Made by a program: the position numbers and the translations under genes. From positions 944 through 64,943 of the forward strand of contig JACPRU010000051.1 in assembly GCA_016189835.1 (NCBI GenBank): a stretch of 64,000 bases of DNA, read 5' to 3'. The first letter of the stretch is position 1, and each line of letters begins with the position of its first letter. The notes under the pieces were generated by a model. It saw nothing but the letters and a program-made list of their open reading frames with translations, searched no databases and was not told the origin of the DNA. This stretch comes from Deltaproteobacteria bacterium. Lineage in GTDB: Bacteria > Desulfobacterota > Binatia > JACPRU01. Below are positions 46,128 to 57,400 of the stretch, one piece after another.

Positions 46128-46817
46128 ATGATTCGGCGCGCGGTCCCATGGTCGGTCTTCGCGCTCCTGCTGGCCGCGGCGCCCGCCCGGGCGCAGTTCG
46201 GCACGGCGCCGGGCCAGGGGCCTCGCTCGGACACGCCGGAGGCGCGCCACCGCCACCAGCGCAACGGCGAGAGCCTCGATCAGTGGGTGCGCGTGCTCGC
46301 GTCCGAGGACGCGCAGCGCCGGCTCGAGGTCATGGACGACCTCGGCCGCAGCGCGGATTCACGGGCGATCACCCACCTCTTGAAGGCGCTCGACGATCCC
46401 GACCCGCGGATCCAGGCCAAGGCGATCGACTATCTCGGGCTACGGCGCGCCTCGGACGCCACGCCGGTACTGGTGCGGAAGCTGTTTTGGCGCGGCGCCC
46501 CGCTCGCGATGCGCCAGCACATCCTGAGCGCGCTCGGTAAGATCGGCGATCCGAGCGCCAGCCGCTCGATTCTCGATTTCGTCGCGCAGGAGCAGAGCGC
46601 CGACGTGCGCGGCACCGGCGTTTACGCGCTCGGCGAGATCGGCGACCTGACGATCCGCGACGACTTGAAGCGGCTCGGCGACGGCGAGGGCGACCCTCGG
46701 GTGAAGCTCCTCGTCAAGGAGGCGTTGGCCAAGATCACTCACCTCCCCCGGCCGAAGACCGAGACCTTCGTTCCCCCGTCGCAGAAGGTCGTTCCGCCCG
46801 TGAGGCCCGGCACCTAG
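46128..46817 (+). CDS. HEAT-repeat (PBS-lyase-type) protein with signal peptide
   Basis: ORF 45981..46817(+) has the internal start MIRRAVPWSVFALLLAAAPARAQ and repeated LxDPDPRIQAKAIDYLG / DVRGTGVYALGEIG HEAT-like units. Confidence 0.6.
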   Translation: MIRRAVPWSVFALLLAAAPARAQFGTAPGQGPRSDTPEARHRHQRNGESLDQWVRVLASEDAQRRLEVMDDLGRSADSRAITHLLKALDDPDPRIQAKAIDYLGLRRASDATPVLVRKLFWRGAPLAMRQHILSALGKIGDPSASRSILDFVAQEQSADVRGTGVYALGEIGDLTIRDDLKRLGDGEGDPRVKLLVKEALAKITHLPRPKTETFVPPSQKVVPPVRPGT

Positions 46818-46900
46818 TGTATTGTAACAGCCAAAACGGTAGTGGAGCGTGCGAGCAATCGCGGCCGATGTAGTCCCACGCGGCAGTCCGCGGAGCCGCC

Positions 46901-48364
46901 ATGAACGTCGCTGAATACGCCGCCCGGGACGCGCTGAGTCTCGCCGCGCTCGTGCGCGCCGGAGAGATCAGCGCCACGGACGCAGCCGAGGCCATGCTCG
47001 CCGCGGCCGAACACGTCAACCCCCGCGTCAACGCAATCATCGAGACCTATCCCGGCCGCGCGGCCGCCCCGGGGCCGGGCGTCCATCCCTCCGGCCCGTT
47101 CGCGGGCGTGCCGTTCCTGCTCAAGGATCTGGTGAGTCACGAGGCCGGCCAGCGCTACGAACTCGGTTCGCGCCTCGCCGCCGGGCTCACCGCGCCGCAC
47201 GACACCGAACTGGTGCGTCGCTTTCGCGCCGCCGGCCTCAACATCCTCGGGCGCACGACCACCGCCGAGTTCGGCTTTTCCCCGAGCACCGAGCCGCTGC
47301 TGCACGGGCCGACGCGCAACCCCTGGGACACCGCCCGCACGCCCGGCGGCTCGTCGGGCGGATCGGCCGCCGCGGTCGCGACCGGCATCGTCCCAGTGGC
47401 GCACGCCAACGACGGCGGCGGCTCGAACCGCGTTCCGGCGAGCGCCTGCGGCATCGTCGGCCTGAAGCCGACGCGCGGGCGCACGCCGGTCGGCCCGGAC
47501 TACTCGCAGCTGCTGTCCGGCTGGGGGATCGAGTTCGCCTTCAGCCGCACCATCCGCGACAGTGCCGCGCTGCTCGATGCGGTCGAGGGCCCGGAAACCG
47601 GCGCGTTCTACGCCATCGCTCGGCCGCCGCGGCCCTACCTCGAGGCGATCGCGACGACGCCGCGACCGCTGCGGCTCGCGCTCAACGTGACGCCCTGGTC
47701 GGCGCACGCGCGGGTCGACCCCGTAGTGCGGGACGCGGTCACCGCCGTCGCGCGGGTGCTCGAGGGTCTCGGTCATCGCGTCGAGGAGGCGCGGTTCACG
47801 TTCGACTTCGAGCAGTACCACGCGGCCTGCCGCGTGGTCTGGGCGAGCTTCTGCGCCGCCGGCTGCAGGCAGCTCGCGGCGCTCACCGGCCGGACGATCG
47901 ACGCCGGCACGGTCGAGCCCTGCACGCTGGAGGCTTACGAGCTGGGCTGTCGGCTGAGCGCGGCGGATCTCGCCGCCGCCGATAGCGCAGTCGCGGCTCT
48001 GTGCCGCGCGGCGGGCACGTTCTTCGAGCGGTACGACGTCATGCTCACCCCGACCTGGACCTGCCTGCCGCCGCCGCTCGGCGTGCTCGCGAACAGCCGC
48101 GGCGATCTCACCCTCGACGCCTATCTCCACCTCGTCTTGGGCACGAACACCTTCACCTCGCCGATCAACACGACCGGGCAGCCGGCCATCTCGCTGCCGC
48201 TGTCGCAGAGCCCGCCGGGAGAGGGCCACCCGGCCGGGCTGCCCATCGGTTCCCACTTCATCGGCCGCTGGGGCGACGAGGCGACGCTGCTGCAGCTCGC
48301 GGCTCAGCTCGAGACGGCTCTGCCGTGGCGGGACCGCCGGCCGCCGCTCCACGCCGCTGCCTGA
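46901..48364 (+). CDS. amidase (amidase signature family)
   Basis: The 487-aa product has the AS motif GGSSGGSAAAVATG and Ser-cisSer-Lys triad context. Confidence 0.85.
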   Translation: MNVAEYAARDALSLAALVRAGEISATDAAEAMLAAAEHVNPRVNAIIETYPGRAAAPGPGVHPSGPFAGVPFLLKDLVSHEAGQRYELGSRLAAGLTAPHDTELVRRFRAAGLNILGRTTTAEFGFSPSTEPLLHGPTRNPWDTARTPGGSSGGSAAAVATGIVPVAHANDGGGSNRVPASACGIVGLKPTRGRTPVGPDYSQLLSGWGIEFAFSRTIRDSAALLDAVEGPETGAFYAIARPPRPYLEAIATTPRPLRLALNVTPWSAHARVDPVVRDAVTAVARVLEGLGHRVEEARFTFDFEQYHAACRVVWASFCAAGCRQLAALTGRTIDAGTVEPCTLEAYELGCRLSAADLAAADSAVAALCRAAGTFFERYDVMLTPTWTCLPPPLGVLANSRGDLTLDAYLHLVLGTNTFTSPINTTGQPAISLPLSQSPPGEGHPAGLPIGSHFIGRWGDEATLLQLAAQLETALPWRDRRPPLHAAA

Positions 48365-48519
48365 CGCGCAGCGACAGCCCCGTCCGCGGCCGCGGGGCCG
48401 CCGGCGGGACCAACCGCGACTCCGCGCCATCACCCTCCTGCGTTCGAGCCGGCGCGAGAGCGCCGCGGCCCGGGCCAACCCGCGTGATTCTCGCCGGCGG
48501 CGATCGGCGACTCCCCGCG

Positions 48520-50625
48520 CTACCGCGGCGTCGCGTCGGGCAGCCCGCCGTCCACCGGGATCGTCGCGCCCGTGGTCGGCGTCTGGCGCGTGGCGAAGAA
48601 CAGCACGGCGCGGGCCACGTGCTCGGCCGTGACGCGCGCCTTCAGCAGGTTGCGGCCGCGGTAGTACTCCTCGAGCCCCGCCTCGTCGAGGCCACGGGCG
48701 CGCATCCGTTCGGGGCCGATCGCCGCCCACAAGCCCGAGCGGCGCCCCCCGTGGGAGAAGACGGCATCCGGCGCGACCATGTTCACGCGGACGTCGTGCT
48801 CGGCCAGCTCGAGGCTGGCGATCCGCGCCAGCTGGTGGGCCGCCGCCTTGGTGGCGCTGTAGGCGCCGAACTGCGCGCCGGGAGCGAACACGTTCTTGGT
48901 CGAGACCATCACGATGTCGCCGCCCGTCGCCTGCAGCCGGAAGTGCCGCGCCGCCTCGGCCATCACCAGCAGCGCCCCCTCGACGTTCACCCGCTCGAGC
49001 CGCCGGAACGCCTCGAGGTCGAGGTCCGGGAGCCCCGCCACGTGCGCGAGACCGGCGTTGACCACCACCAGGTCGGCGCCACCCCACTCGAGGGCGACGG
49101 TGCGAAACGCCTCGACGACCGAGCGTGCGTCGGTGACGTCGAGCGGCACACCCAAGACCCGCACGCCGAACGCGGCCCGCAGCTCCGCGACGAGGCCGTC
49201 GAGCGCGACGCCCGGCAGATCCGTCACGGCGACGTGGCTTCCCTCCGCGAGCAGCGCCTGCGCGATGCCCGAGCCGATCGCGCCCGCGGCGCCCGTGACC
49301 AGCGTGACGTGCCCGGGGAGCGGCGGCTCGCCGGCGCCGAGCTTGGCTTGCTGGAAGGTGTGGTACTCCATGTCGAACAGCTCGGCCTCCGGAAGCCCCT
49401 CGTAGACTCCGACCGCCGCCACCGCCGTCTTCACCGCGATCGTGTGCGCCGTGACGTCGCGCGCGATCGTGGCTGCCCCGGCGTCCCCGCCGGCGCAGAG
49501 CGCGCCCAGGCCCGGCGCGAGCACCACGCGCGGCAGCGCGTCGAAACGGTCGAGCCCCTCGGGGATGCGCGCGGCGTGGCGCTCGAGGTAAGCCTGGTAC
49601 GCGACGTCGTAGCGCCCCACGGCCTCGCGCACCTGCGCCGCCAGCCGCAGCGGGTCGTTCCACCGCGGATCGTCGAGCCACAGCGGCAGGGCCTTGGTCC
49701 GGATGAGGTGGTCCGAGGTGAGCGGCGGCGTGAGCGCCAGCTCGCGGCCATGTGCCCCGTCCACGAAGGCGAGCACGTCGGGCGTGACCAGCGGCCGCAC
49801 GACGACCCGCCGGTGCCGCCGGTCGGGATCGCCGGTGGGCCACGCGAGCGCCCCCCGTACGACGGGGGCGATGGCGGCGACGCGCGCCGTCGCGGTCTCG
49901 ACCGCCGTCCGCGCGGACACCGCGAGGCGACCCGCCGCCCGCCGAGTGAGATACGCCTCCGCGCGCGTCACGATCTCGATCATGGTCTCGTACGAGGCCC
50001 GCGCGGTCGGGCCCCAGGTCATGAGGCCGTGGCGCATCCACACCATGCCCCGCCGCCCCGGGTGCGCCTCGTACGCGTCGGCCACGGCCCGCGCGAGCTG
50101 AAAACCCGGCCGCACGTAGCCAAGGACCACGACGTCGTCTCCGAGCGCGTCGCGCGCCACCCGCTCGCCGCCGGCCTGGTTGGTGAGCGCGAGGATCGCG
50201 TCGGCGTGCGTGTGGTCGAGGAACTTCTCGGGCACGAAGGCGTGCGCGAGCGTCTCGAGCGACGGCGTGGCGCTGCGGGCGTCGAAGAGGTGCGTGCGCA
50301 GCTCGTTCGCCATCGCCGCGTCGTCGAGCGCGCTCAGCGCGCGCAGCCGCCGCAGGTAACCGAGGTCGAGCCCCGGATGCCCCTCGGGCTCGATCGCCGC
50401 CAGGTCGTGCCCCGAAGCCTTGACGAAGATCGCCGGGACGGGATCGCCGAGGCGGTTCGTGAACGTCCCCTTGACCGACGTGTTTCCTCCGCCGTGCAGC
50501 ACGAGCCGGTCGTCGGCGCCGAGGAGGCGGCTCGTGTACGTGCGCAGCGCCAGGTCCTCGCCCCAGCGGGGTGCCCAGGCGGCGACGGCGCGCGCCGCGT
50601 CGCCATCCGACCATCGCGTGTCCAT
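48520..50625 (-). CDS. bifunctional class II aldolase / short-chain dehydrogenase (RhaEW-like rhamnulose-1-phosphate aldolase / lactaldehyde dehydrogenase)
   Basis: The 701-aa product has an N-terminal class II aldolase/adducin domain and a C-terminal SDR (TLVTGAAGAIGSGIA...YSATKAA). Confidence 0.8.
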   Translation of the reverse strand: MDTRWSDGDAARAVAAWAPRWGEDLALRTYTSRLLGADDRLVLHGGGNTSVKGTFTNRLGDPVPAIFVKASGHDLAAIEPEGHPGLDLGYLRRLRALSALDDAAMANELRTHLFDARSATPSLETLAHAFVPEKFLDHTHADAILALTNQAGGERVARDALGDDVVVLGYVRPGFQLARAVADAYEAHPGRRGMVWMRHGLMTWGPTARASYETMIEIVTRAEAYLTRRAAGRLAVSARTAVETATARVAAIAPVVRGALAWPTGDPDRRHRRVVVRPLVTPDVLAFVDGAHGRELALTPPLTSDHLIRTKALPLWLDDPRWNDPLRLAAQVREAVGRYDVAYQAYLERHAARIPEGLDRFDALPRVVLAPGLGALCAGGDAGAATIARDVTAHTIAVKTAVAAVGVYEGLPEAELFDMEYHTFQQAKLGAGEPPLPGHVTLVTGAAGAIGSGIAQALLAEGSHVAVTDLPGVALDGLVAELRAAFGVRVLGVPLDVTDARSVVEAFRTVALEWGGADLVVVNAGLAHVAGLPDLDLEAFRRLERVNVEGALLVMAEAARHFRLQATGGDIVMVSTKNVFAPGAQFGAYSATKAAAHQLARIASLELAEHDVRVNMVAPDAVFSHGGRRSGLWAAIGPERMRARGLDEAGLEEYYRGRNLLKARVTAEHVARAVLFFATRQTPTTGATIPVDGGLPDATPR

Positions 50626-50725
50626 GTGCCGCGCCCGTCAGCCCGCGCCGAGCGCCCCCAGCCGCTGACGGGCGTTCTCGTCGGGCCCTGCGATCATCCG
50701 GCCCCCCGGCCCCGGACCCGCTCTC

Positions 50726-51628
50726 CTAGACGGCAACGCGGACGTCCCGCTTTTCGTGGCGGAGGGTCTGGTAGAGGTCGTGGGCCTGCTCGGGCTTCAT
50801 GAGCTGGTGCACGACCGCGCCGACCGCCCGGATCATGGCGGCGGGCGCCTCGGACTGGAAGATGTTGCGCCCCATGTCGACGCCCGCCGCACCTTCCGAC
50901 ACCGCGCGGTGGGCCATGGCGAGCGCCTCCAACTCGGGGAGCTTCTTGCCGCCGGCCATCACGATCGGCACCGGGCACGATGCGGTCACCGTCTCGAAGC
51001 CCTCGGGCACGTAGTACGTCTTCACGAAGTGCGCGCCCAGCTCCGCGCAGATCCGGCACGCCAGGCGGAAGTAGCGTGCGTCGCGCGTCATGTTCTTGCC
51101 GACCGCGGTCACGCCGAGCGTCGGGATGCCGGCGCGGATGCCGGCATCCACCAGCCGCGTCAGGTTGTGGATCGACTGCGTCTCGAACTCGCCGCCGACG
51201 AACACCTGCACGGCCATGGCCGACACGTCGAGCCGCACCGCGTCCTCGACGTCGACCGCCAGCTGCTCGTTGGACAGCTCCTTGAGAATGCTCGGGCCGC
51301 CGCTCGCCCGCAGCACGACGCCGCGGCCGAACGAGGGCGGAATGTTAGCGCGCAAGATGCCGCGCGTCAGCATCAGCGCGTTCGCCCACGGCAGCAGCGG
51401 GACGATGTCTACGTCGACGCGCTCGAGGCCCGCGGTGGGTCCCTGGAAGTAACCGTGGTCGATGGCCAGCATCACGGTGCGGCCGGAGGCGGGATCGAAG
51501 ATGTGCGCGAGGCGGTGTTGCATGCCCCAGTCGAGCGCGCCCGATCCCTTCAGGAAGAACGGCTCGCGACGCTCGGGAACGCCCACGTGGAAGTTCCTGG
51601 TGTCCTTCACGTCCTCGAGATCGGCCAC
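50726..51628 (-). CDS. class I aldolase, DhnA/LsrF (DeoC/LacD) family
   Basis: The 300-aa product contains [10 protein letters not shown] and a Schiff-base lysine context (FVKT). Confidence 0.75.
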   Translation of the reverse strand: MADLEDVKDTRNFHVGVPERREPFFLKGSGALDWGMQHRLAHIFDPASGRTVMLAIDHGYFQGPTAGLERVDVDIVPLLPWANALMLTRGILRANIPPSFGRGVVLRASGGPSILKELSNEQLAVDVEDAVRLDVSAMAVQVFVGGEFETQSIHNLTRLVDAGIRAGIPTLGVTAVGKNMTRDARYFRLACRICAELGAHFVKTYYVPEGFETVTASCPVPIVMAGGKKLPELEALAMAHRAVSEGAAGVDMGRNIFQSEAPAAMIRAVGAVVHQLMKPEQAHDLYQTLRHEKRDVRVAV

Positions 51629-51883
51629 CCTCGCTTCTCCTCAGCCGGGCGGCAGGCACCGCCCCGGCCGGTCCGGTCCGCGGACGATGACGTAAACCTC
51701 CGGGCTGCGTCAAGGCCGACGCCGCGCCGACGCGACGCCTGGCGGACCGGTTCGGGCGGCCCGTCGCGCGGCCGCCACGGTCGGTCTTGGCCGGTTCACG
51801 CACCGGGCCGAGCGCCCTTTGCGAACCCGCCGCGCACCGCGCCATAGTTGCCGCCTCGTCAACCAGCGAGCAGGAGGAAGCCG

Positions 51884-52408
51884 ATGGACGCAAGCCTGGA
51901 AACCCTGAGCGCCCGCGTGCAGCGTCTCGAGGACCTGGAGGCGATTCGCAGCACGTGGCGCGACTACTGCATGAGACTCGACTCCGGCGACTGGCCGGCG
52001 CTCGGCGACGTCTTCACGAAAGACGCCGTGCTCGAGATGGACGGCCTCGATCCGATCAGCCCCGGCCTGGACGGCCGATACCGCGGCCGTGACTCGATCA
52101 TCGACGACTTCTACGTTCGGGCCGTCGGCGCCGTGGTGGGAGGCGCCGAGGGGCCCTACTCCACCGGTCACATCAGCACCAACATGCAGGTCGAGCTGCG
52201 TGGCGACGAAGCGACCACGCTCGCCTACTTCTTCGAGATCGTCGCCGACGACCGCGTGTTGATCGGGACCTACCAGCACCGCTTCCGCAGGGAGGCGGAC
52301 CGCTGGCGTTTCGCCTTCCTGCGCATCTCGGTGCGCTACCGCGCGCGCCTGGAGGGGACCGACTTCGGCGGTCAACCACTCACCGCGGTCCTGGCGAAGC
52401 CGGTGTAG
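51884..52408 (+). CDS. SnoaL-like / NTF2-fold protein
   Basis: ORF 51848..52408(+). The start is at MDASLETLSARVQRLEDLEAIRSTWRDY (ggagga SD upstream), which is typical of the SnoaL_4/DUF4440 fold. Confidence 0.65.
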   Translation: MDASLETLSARVQRLEDLEAIRSTWRDYCMRLDSGDWPALGDVFTKDAVLEMDGLDPISPGLDGRYRGRDSIIDDFYVRAVGAVVGGAEGPYSTGHISTNMQVELRGDEATTLAYFFEIVADDRVLIGTYQHRFRREADRWRFAFLRISVRYRARLEGTDFGGQPLTAVLAKPV

Positions 52409-53342
52409 GCAAGCGCTGCGCCGTCCGCCTCCCGCCGTCCGGACGAGCGAGAAGCTCCGCCCCACACGCCGCCACGATGAAGACGGCGCCGACGAACTCC
52501 CGGCGGCCGAACGGCTCCTGCGTCAACAGGCTCGCCGAGGCGAGACCGATGACGACCTCGAGCATGAGCAGTACCGTCACCCGACCGGGATCGAGCCGGC
52601 TGGCGCCGAACATCGTCAGCCAGAGGACCAGCGGCATCCACAGCAGTCCGAAGGCGAGCAGCCAAGTCGCGCCGCGCCACGAGACTTGCGCCGCCGGCAG
52701 CGTCCACGGGCGGCCGCCCGGCACGAGACTGAAGAGCAAGAACAGCAGGCCCAGAAACAGGAACTGCACGAACACCTTGTCGAACTCCGACGCGTGCTGC
52801 GGGACTCGCTGCAAAGCCACCATCGACAGTCCGCACAGCAAGCCGGAGACGAGCCCCATCCAGTCCCCGGCCACCCGTGGGACCGGGGCACCGCTGCCAG
52901 CGCCGAACACGACGAACATCCCAGCCAGCCCCAGAGCGATCGTGACGATTCGGGCGGCGGTGATGCGGTCGCCAAGAAAGACCCGCGCCAGCAGCGTGCT
53001 CCATACCGGCGCGAGATAGAAGAGTAGAATGACACGAGCGACGTAGCCGCGCAGCAGCGCTTCGGCATAGAGCGCGATGCACGCGGCCATGAGAAGGCCC
53101 GCCTGCACGAGTGGCCATCCGCCGGCGATGATGGGGTGCCGCCGGATCACCCCAAACGGGAACAGGACCAGCAACGGGATGGCGAAGCCGGCGGCCGTCG
53201 CCCAGGGACCGCCGAGCCCCGCCTCGTTCAGATGACGGAGCGGAATCCACAGCGTGCCCCAGAACAGAGTCGACGCCAGGATCGCGACACTGGGCGCCAG
53301 CGTCGCCGCTCGCGAGCCGTGAGGCTCACCGCTCCGGTCCAT
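52380..53342 (-). CDS. EamA/DMT-family transporter
   Basis: The 10-TM protein has duplicated EamA halves. The start was set at M22 (MDRSG...). Confidence 0.75.
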   Translation of the reverse strand: MDRSGEPHGSRAATLAPSVAILASTLFWGTLWIPLRHLNEAGLGGPWATAAGFAIPLLVLFPFGVIRRHPIIAGGWPLVQAGLLMAACIALYAEALLRGYVARVILLFYLAPVWSTLLARVFLGDRITAARIVTIALGLAGMFVVFGAGSGAPVPRVAGDWMGLVSGLLCGLSMVALQRVPQHASEFDKVFVQFLFLGLLFLLFSLVPGGRPWTLPAAQVSWRGATWLLAFGLLWMPLVLWLTMFGASRLDPGRVTVLLMLEVVIGLASASLLTQEPFGRREFVGAVFIVAACGAELLARPDGGRRTAQRLPTPASPGPR

Positions 53343-53444
53343 CAAACCGCCGGCCGGGCCTCGAGGCTGACGGCCTGCCGAACTTCGCAGCCTGCCGCAG
53401 CCCAACGAAAGAAACCTGCCCTGGACATGGACGGCGGCCGAGGC

Positions 53445-54248
53445 CTAGTCGCGGCGCGCGATGAAGCGTCCCTGCGCGACTTCGCCGGCATGCGCCAATT
53501 CTCGAATGAACGCGAACTCGCCAGCCACCGTCTGCAGCATATCCATGTCGTAGCCGAGAATGTCGAGTGCGTCGAAGGTCAGCTGCATGTCCACCATGCT
53601 GAGATACAGGTCGATGTGGGCCGGGAAACGTCCGGTGTCGTCCGCCGCCACGACGGTGCAGCCGTTCTCTTCGAGCAGTCGGCAGTAGCCGGGGATGTCC
53701 TGCAGATTGGCGAATTTCATGCAGGTCAGGAAGCGCTCCGCCTCCGCATCGGAGAGCCCCGCCGGGCCCTCGACCCAATCGGTGAAGGCGATCGTGCCGC
53801 CGGGCTTCACCACGCGAGCGGCCTCGGCGATGAGCTTGGGCTTGTCCGTGACGTAGCACCAGGCGTCCTTACCCCAGACGAAGTCCGCGCTGCCCGTGGC
53901 GAGGCCGCTATGGCAGACGTCGCCGAGGACGAAGCGGATGCGGTCATGGACGCCTTCCTCCTGACAGCGCCGGCGGCCGCGATCGACCACCGTCTCGGTC
54001 GCATCGACGCCGGTCATCGAGGCCACGTTGCGGAAGCGGACGAGGAAGCGCATGCCCGCGCCGTTGCAGCAGCAGAGGTCGACGCCGCGCATCCCCGCAC
54101 CGATGCCCGCGCGCTCGGCCAGATCCATCGACGACTTGAATCCGCCGATGTGGATCTGCTGGCCCATGAGGAGCTCCCACAGGTCTCCTTCCTGGCCGCC
54201 ATACACGGCGGTGACCTCTTTCAGGCCGACGTTGGCGATGGCCTTCAT
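53445..54248 (-). CDS. class I SAM-dependent methyltransferase
   Basis: The 267-aa product has the motif I region VDLCCCNGAGMRFLV and the post-I acidic residue. It lies 168 nt downstream of the PlsAR-like gene on the same strand. Confidence 0.75.
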   Translation of the reverse strand: MKAIANVGLKEVTAVYGGQEGDLWELLMGQQIHIGGFKSSMDLAERAGIGAGMRGVDLCCCNGAGMRFLVRFRNVASMTGVDATETVVDRGRRRCQEEGVHDRIRFVLGDVCHSGLATGSADFVWGKDAWCYVTDKPKLIAEAARVVKPGGTIAFTDWVEGPAGLSDAEAERFLTCMKFANLQDIPGYCRLLEENGCTVVAADDTGRFPAHIDLYLSMVDMQLTFDALDILGYDMDMLQTVAGEFAFIRELAHAGEVAQGRFIARRD

Positions 54249-54416
54249 GCTCTCCCTCCTCGAGCGCCCGGGAAAAACGGCCGAGTGGCGTCGCGCTCTG
54301 GCTGCTGGTGCCGTTCGCGGAGCTGCTTACCGGTCTCGCCGATTCGGCGGCGACGGGGCGCGGCGCCCCGATCGGGCTCGCGGTCCGGGCGGCGACGGCC
54401 GGCGCCCGTGCCCCGG

Positions 54417-57400
54417 CTAGGGAACGGCGGGCGCCGGCACCTCCCGGTACGGGTCCGCGGCGCGGCCGGCGTTGCGGTGCAGCCGGTAGCAAAAGCTGCG
54501 CACGCGGCGCTCGTCGAGCGGCGTGCCGTCGTCGTAGTAGAAGAAGAACGGGATGTCCTTGCGGTGGCGCAGCAGCCCCTCGGTCACGAGGCTGTTGTCG
54601 CAGCCCCAGCAGGCGACCATCGCGACGCCGTCGTAGAGCCCGGTGTCCCAGGCTTGCAGCGCCGAGCCGATCTCGATCGTGGTGCCGCCGATGGTGTCGG
54701 GATCGAGCAGCTCCTCGGCCTTGGCGATCGCTTCCTCGACCGCCGGCTGCGGCAGCCACGGGTGCAAGACTCGCACTTCACGGTAGTAGCGCCCGCGCAG
54801 TTCCGCTTGCTGCGACACCATGAGATCCGCGACCGCCTTCGGGGTCGCCCGGCCGAACTGCAGGTGAGGATGGCGCCGGGCCAGATATTCGAAGAAATTC
54901 GTCAGCGGATCGAGCACCAGCCGCAAGCCCTGCTCGCTCATGCGCAGCAGCAGGCCGCCGTTGGCGAGGTCGTTGCCCTTGGTCATGGTTTCGCCGGCGA
55001 CGAACACGCGGCGGAACGACTTCGCACCCTGCCACGCCGCCTCCATGTCCGCGAAGCGTCGCGATGCTTCCTGCAAGACCGCGCCGATTTCGTCGGCGCG
55101 CGCCGCGATCTCGGGTTGCGCGTCGGCCGGATCGGCGAGCGGCCGCTCGATGACCGCGAGCAGGGCGGCGATCGACTCCTCGTAGAGCGCGCGCGACGCG
55201 CCGGCGCGCGGCTCGACCGGCAAGTGGTAGACGTACAACTGGCGCAGGATCTCGACGGCCGACAGGCCCGCCCAGATGAACAGCGACATCGGCGGATCGG
55301 CGCCGAAACGCATGCCCTGCTCGCTGACGAGATCGTACAGACCCATCTTGTCGAGCGAGATCTTGTCCTTGACGTCGAACACGCCGGCCCGGCACATCTG
55401 ACCGTTGAACGCCAGCAGGTGGGTCTCCTTGGTCGGCGGGTTTTTCTCGAGGTAGTCGCGGAACGCTCCCCAGATCAGCTGGTAGCCCATGCACTCCTTG
55501 CCCGAGCAATCCGCCTTGCCGCAGGTGCGCGTGCTCTCCGTATGGGCGGGCGCCGCCACGGCATCGTAGCCGTACGCGCGGTAGACGGCGGCGAAGGCCG
55601 CGCCGATGTTGTCGGCCATGCTGAGCGTGACGTACCGCGCGTCGGGGTCGAGAAAGCCGCCCGGCTTGCCGCGGCCGGGGTCGAGATAGGAAATCGTGCG
55701 CGCGTTCTCGGGCAGCGCCCGCGCGCCGCCCTCGGCGATGAACTGGCGCACCGACTGCAGGAACGCCTGGACGCGCGTGACGAAGCCGGCCTCGCCGCCG
55801 TGCCCGTCGCTCTCGAGAATGGTGTGCGGGTAGCCCTCCATCAGGGCCTGGAAGATCTGCTCGGTGAACGACGACGGCCCGCAGCCGAAGGACGCGAGCA
55901 GCACCGGGAACACGTCGCGCAGCTCGCGGGCGTGCAACGCCGCGCGCAGCGAGCGGTTGTCGTCGCCCCAGTAGGCGCGGTGCAGACGCGGGATCTTCTC
56001 GTTGACCGGGAAGCAGTCGACCGGGATCGCCATCGCGCCGTTGCGCCGCAGGATGTACGGGATCCCGGCGTTGATCGCCGGATCGCAGATCACGTGGATG
56101 TGGCCGACCAGCAGCACGGCCGGCACCGCCTGGCGGCGCGCGTAATCGAGCGCCTCGCGCCCGATGCGCTCGAGCCCGTCCTCGAAGCGCGCCTGGGCGG
56201 CGGCGGCGCGCGCGATGGCCTGCTCCATGAGTGCCGGATCGGCGCCAAGCTCGGCGGCGACACGCTGCATCTCGGCGAGCAGCCCGGGGTGGGCGAGCCC
56301 GTCGCGAAACGACAACCGCGGGCGCACCACGCGCACGTCCTTGCCGCGCCCGAGCAGCGACTTTTCGACCATCTCGGGCATGGCCTGCTCGGCGACGCAG
56401 GTTTGCCCGCCCTTGCCCTTGGTGTCGGCAACCCGAAAGATCTTCGGGAACAACAGCAGATCGACGTCGGCATCGCAGACCGCGAGCGCGATCTTCACCG
56501 GGCCGCACGAATCGAAGCTGTGGCAGAGCTGCTCGCCGGCCGCGAGCGATCCGCCGTCGGAACGCAGCAGCCGGACCGCGAAGCCGAGCTCGTCGGCGAA
56601 GGTCGCGAGCCACGGCACGTGGGGCCCCACGGCGCTGATCGCGGGGATCGCGACCACCGGCGCTCCCGGTCGCGGGCGCACGAAACTCTCGAGCAGGGCG
56701 TCGCGCTGCTCGAAGGGGTTCGGGGCCTCCTTGGCCAGCTTCGGCTGGTTCTTGGTGGGCAGCTCGAACTTCGGGCAGGCGCCACCCGAGAAGGCCTTGT
56801 GCCGGACGTCGCGGACCTGGATGGTCGTGCGCTCGATCGGGCAGAGGGTCTGGCACTGGGGGTCGCGACAGCGAAACTCCGAGCGCTCGGTGATGTCGGC
56901 GGCAAGGAGCCCCGCGAGGTCGAGCCGCGGAGCCGCCAGCAGCGCGGCCGCGCCGAGCTGTTTCCCGGCACACAGGCCGATGCCCCAGGCGCCCATCGCG
57001 CCGGGGTTCGGCGGCACCACGATCTCACGGCCGGTGACCGCCGCGAGCGTCCAGGCGAGCGACGGGTTGGCCGCGGGCTTGCCCTGGAAGAACACCCGCT
57101 CGCCGAGCGTCCGCTGCCCCATGACGCGGTTGATGTAATTGTGGATCACCGAATACTGGAAACCCGCGAAGATGTCCTCCCGGGTATAGCCCTCCTTGAT
57201 GGCGAGCGCGGCGGCGTCGGCGACGAACACCGTGCACATCTGGCCGAGATCCGGCGGGCGCTGCGCCCTCGAGGCCAGCGCGACGAACTCGTCGATGTCG
57301 CGGACGTCGTAGAGATTGGCCTGCTCCTCGAGGAACGAGCCGGTGCCCGCGCTGCAGGCCTTGTTCATGTCGCTCTCGACGATCCGCCCGCCCTGCACGC

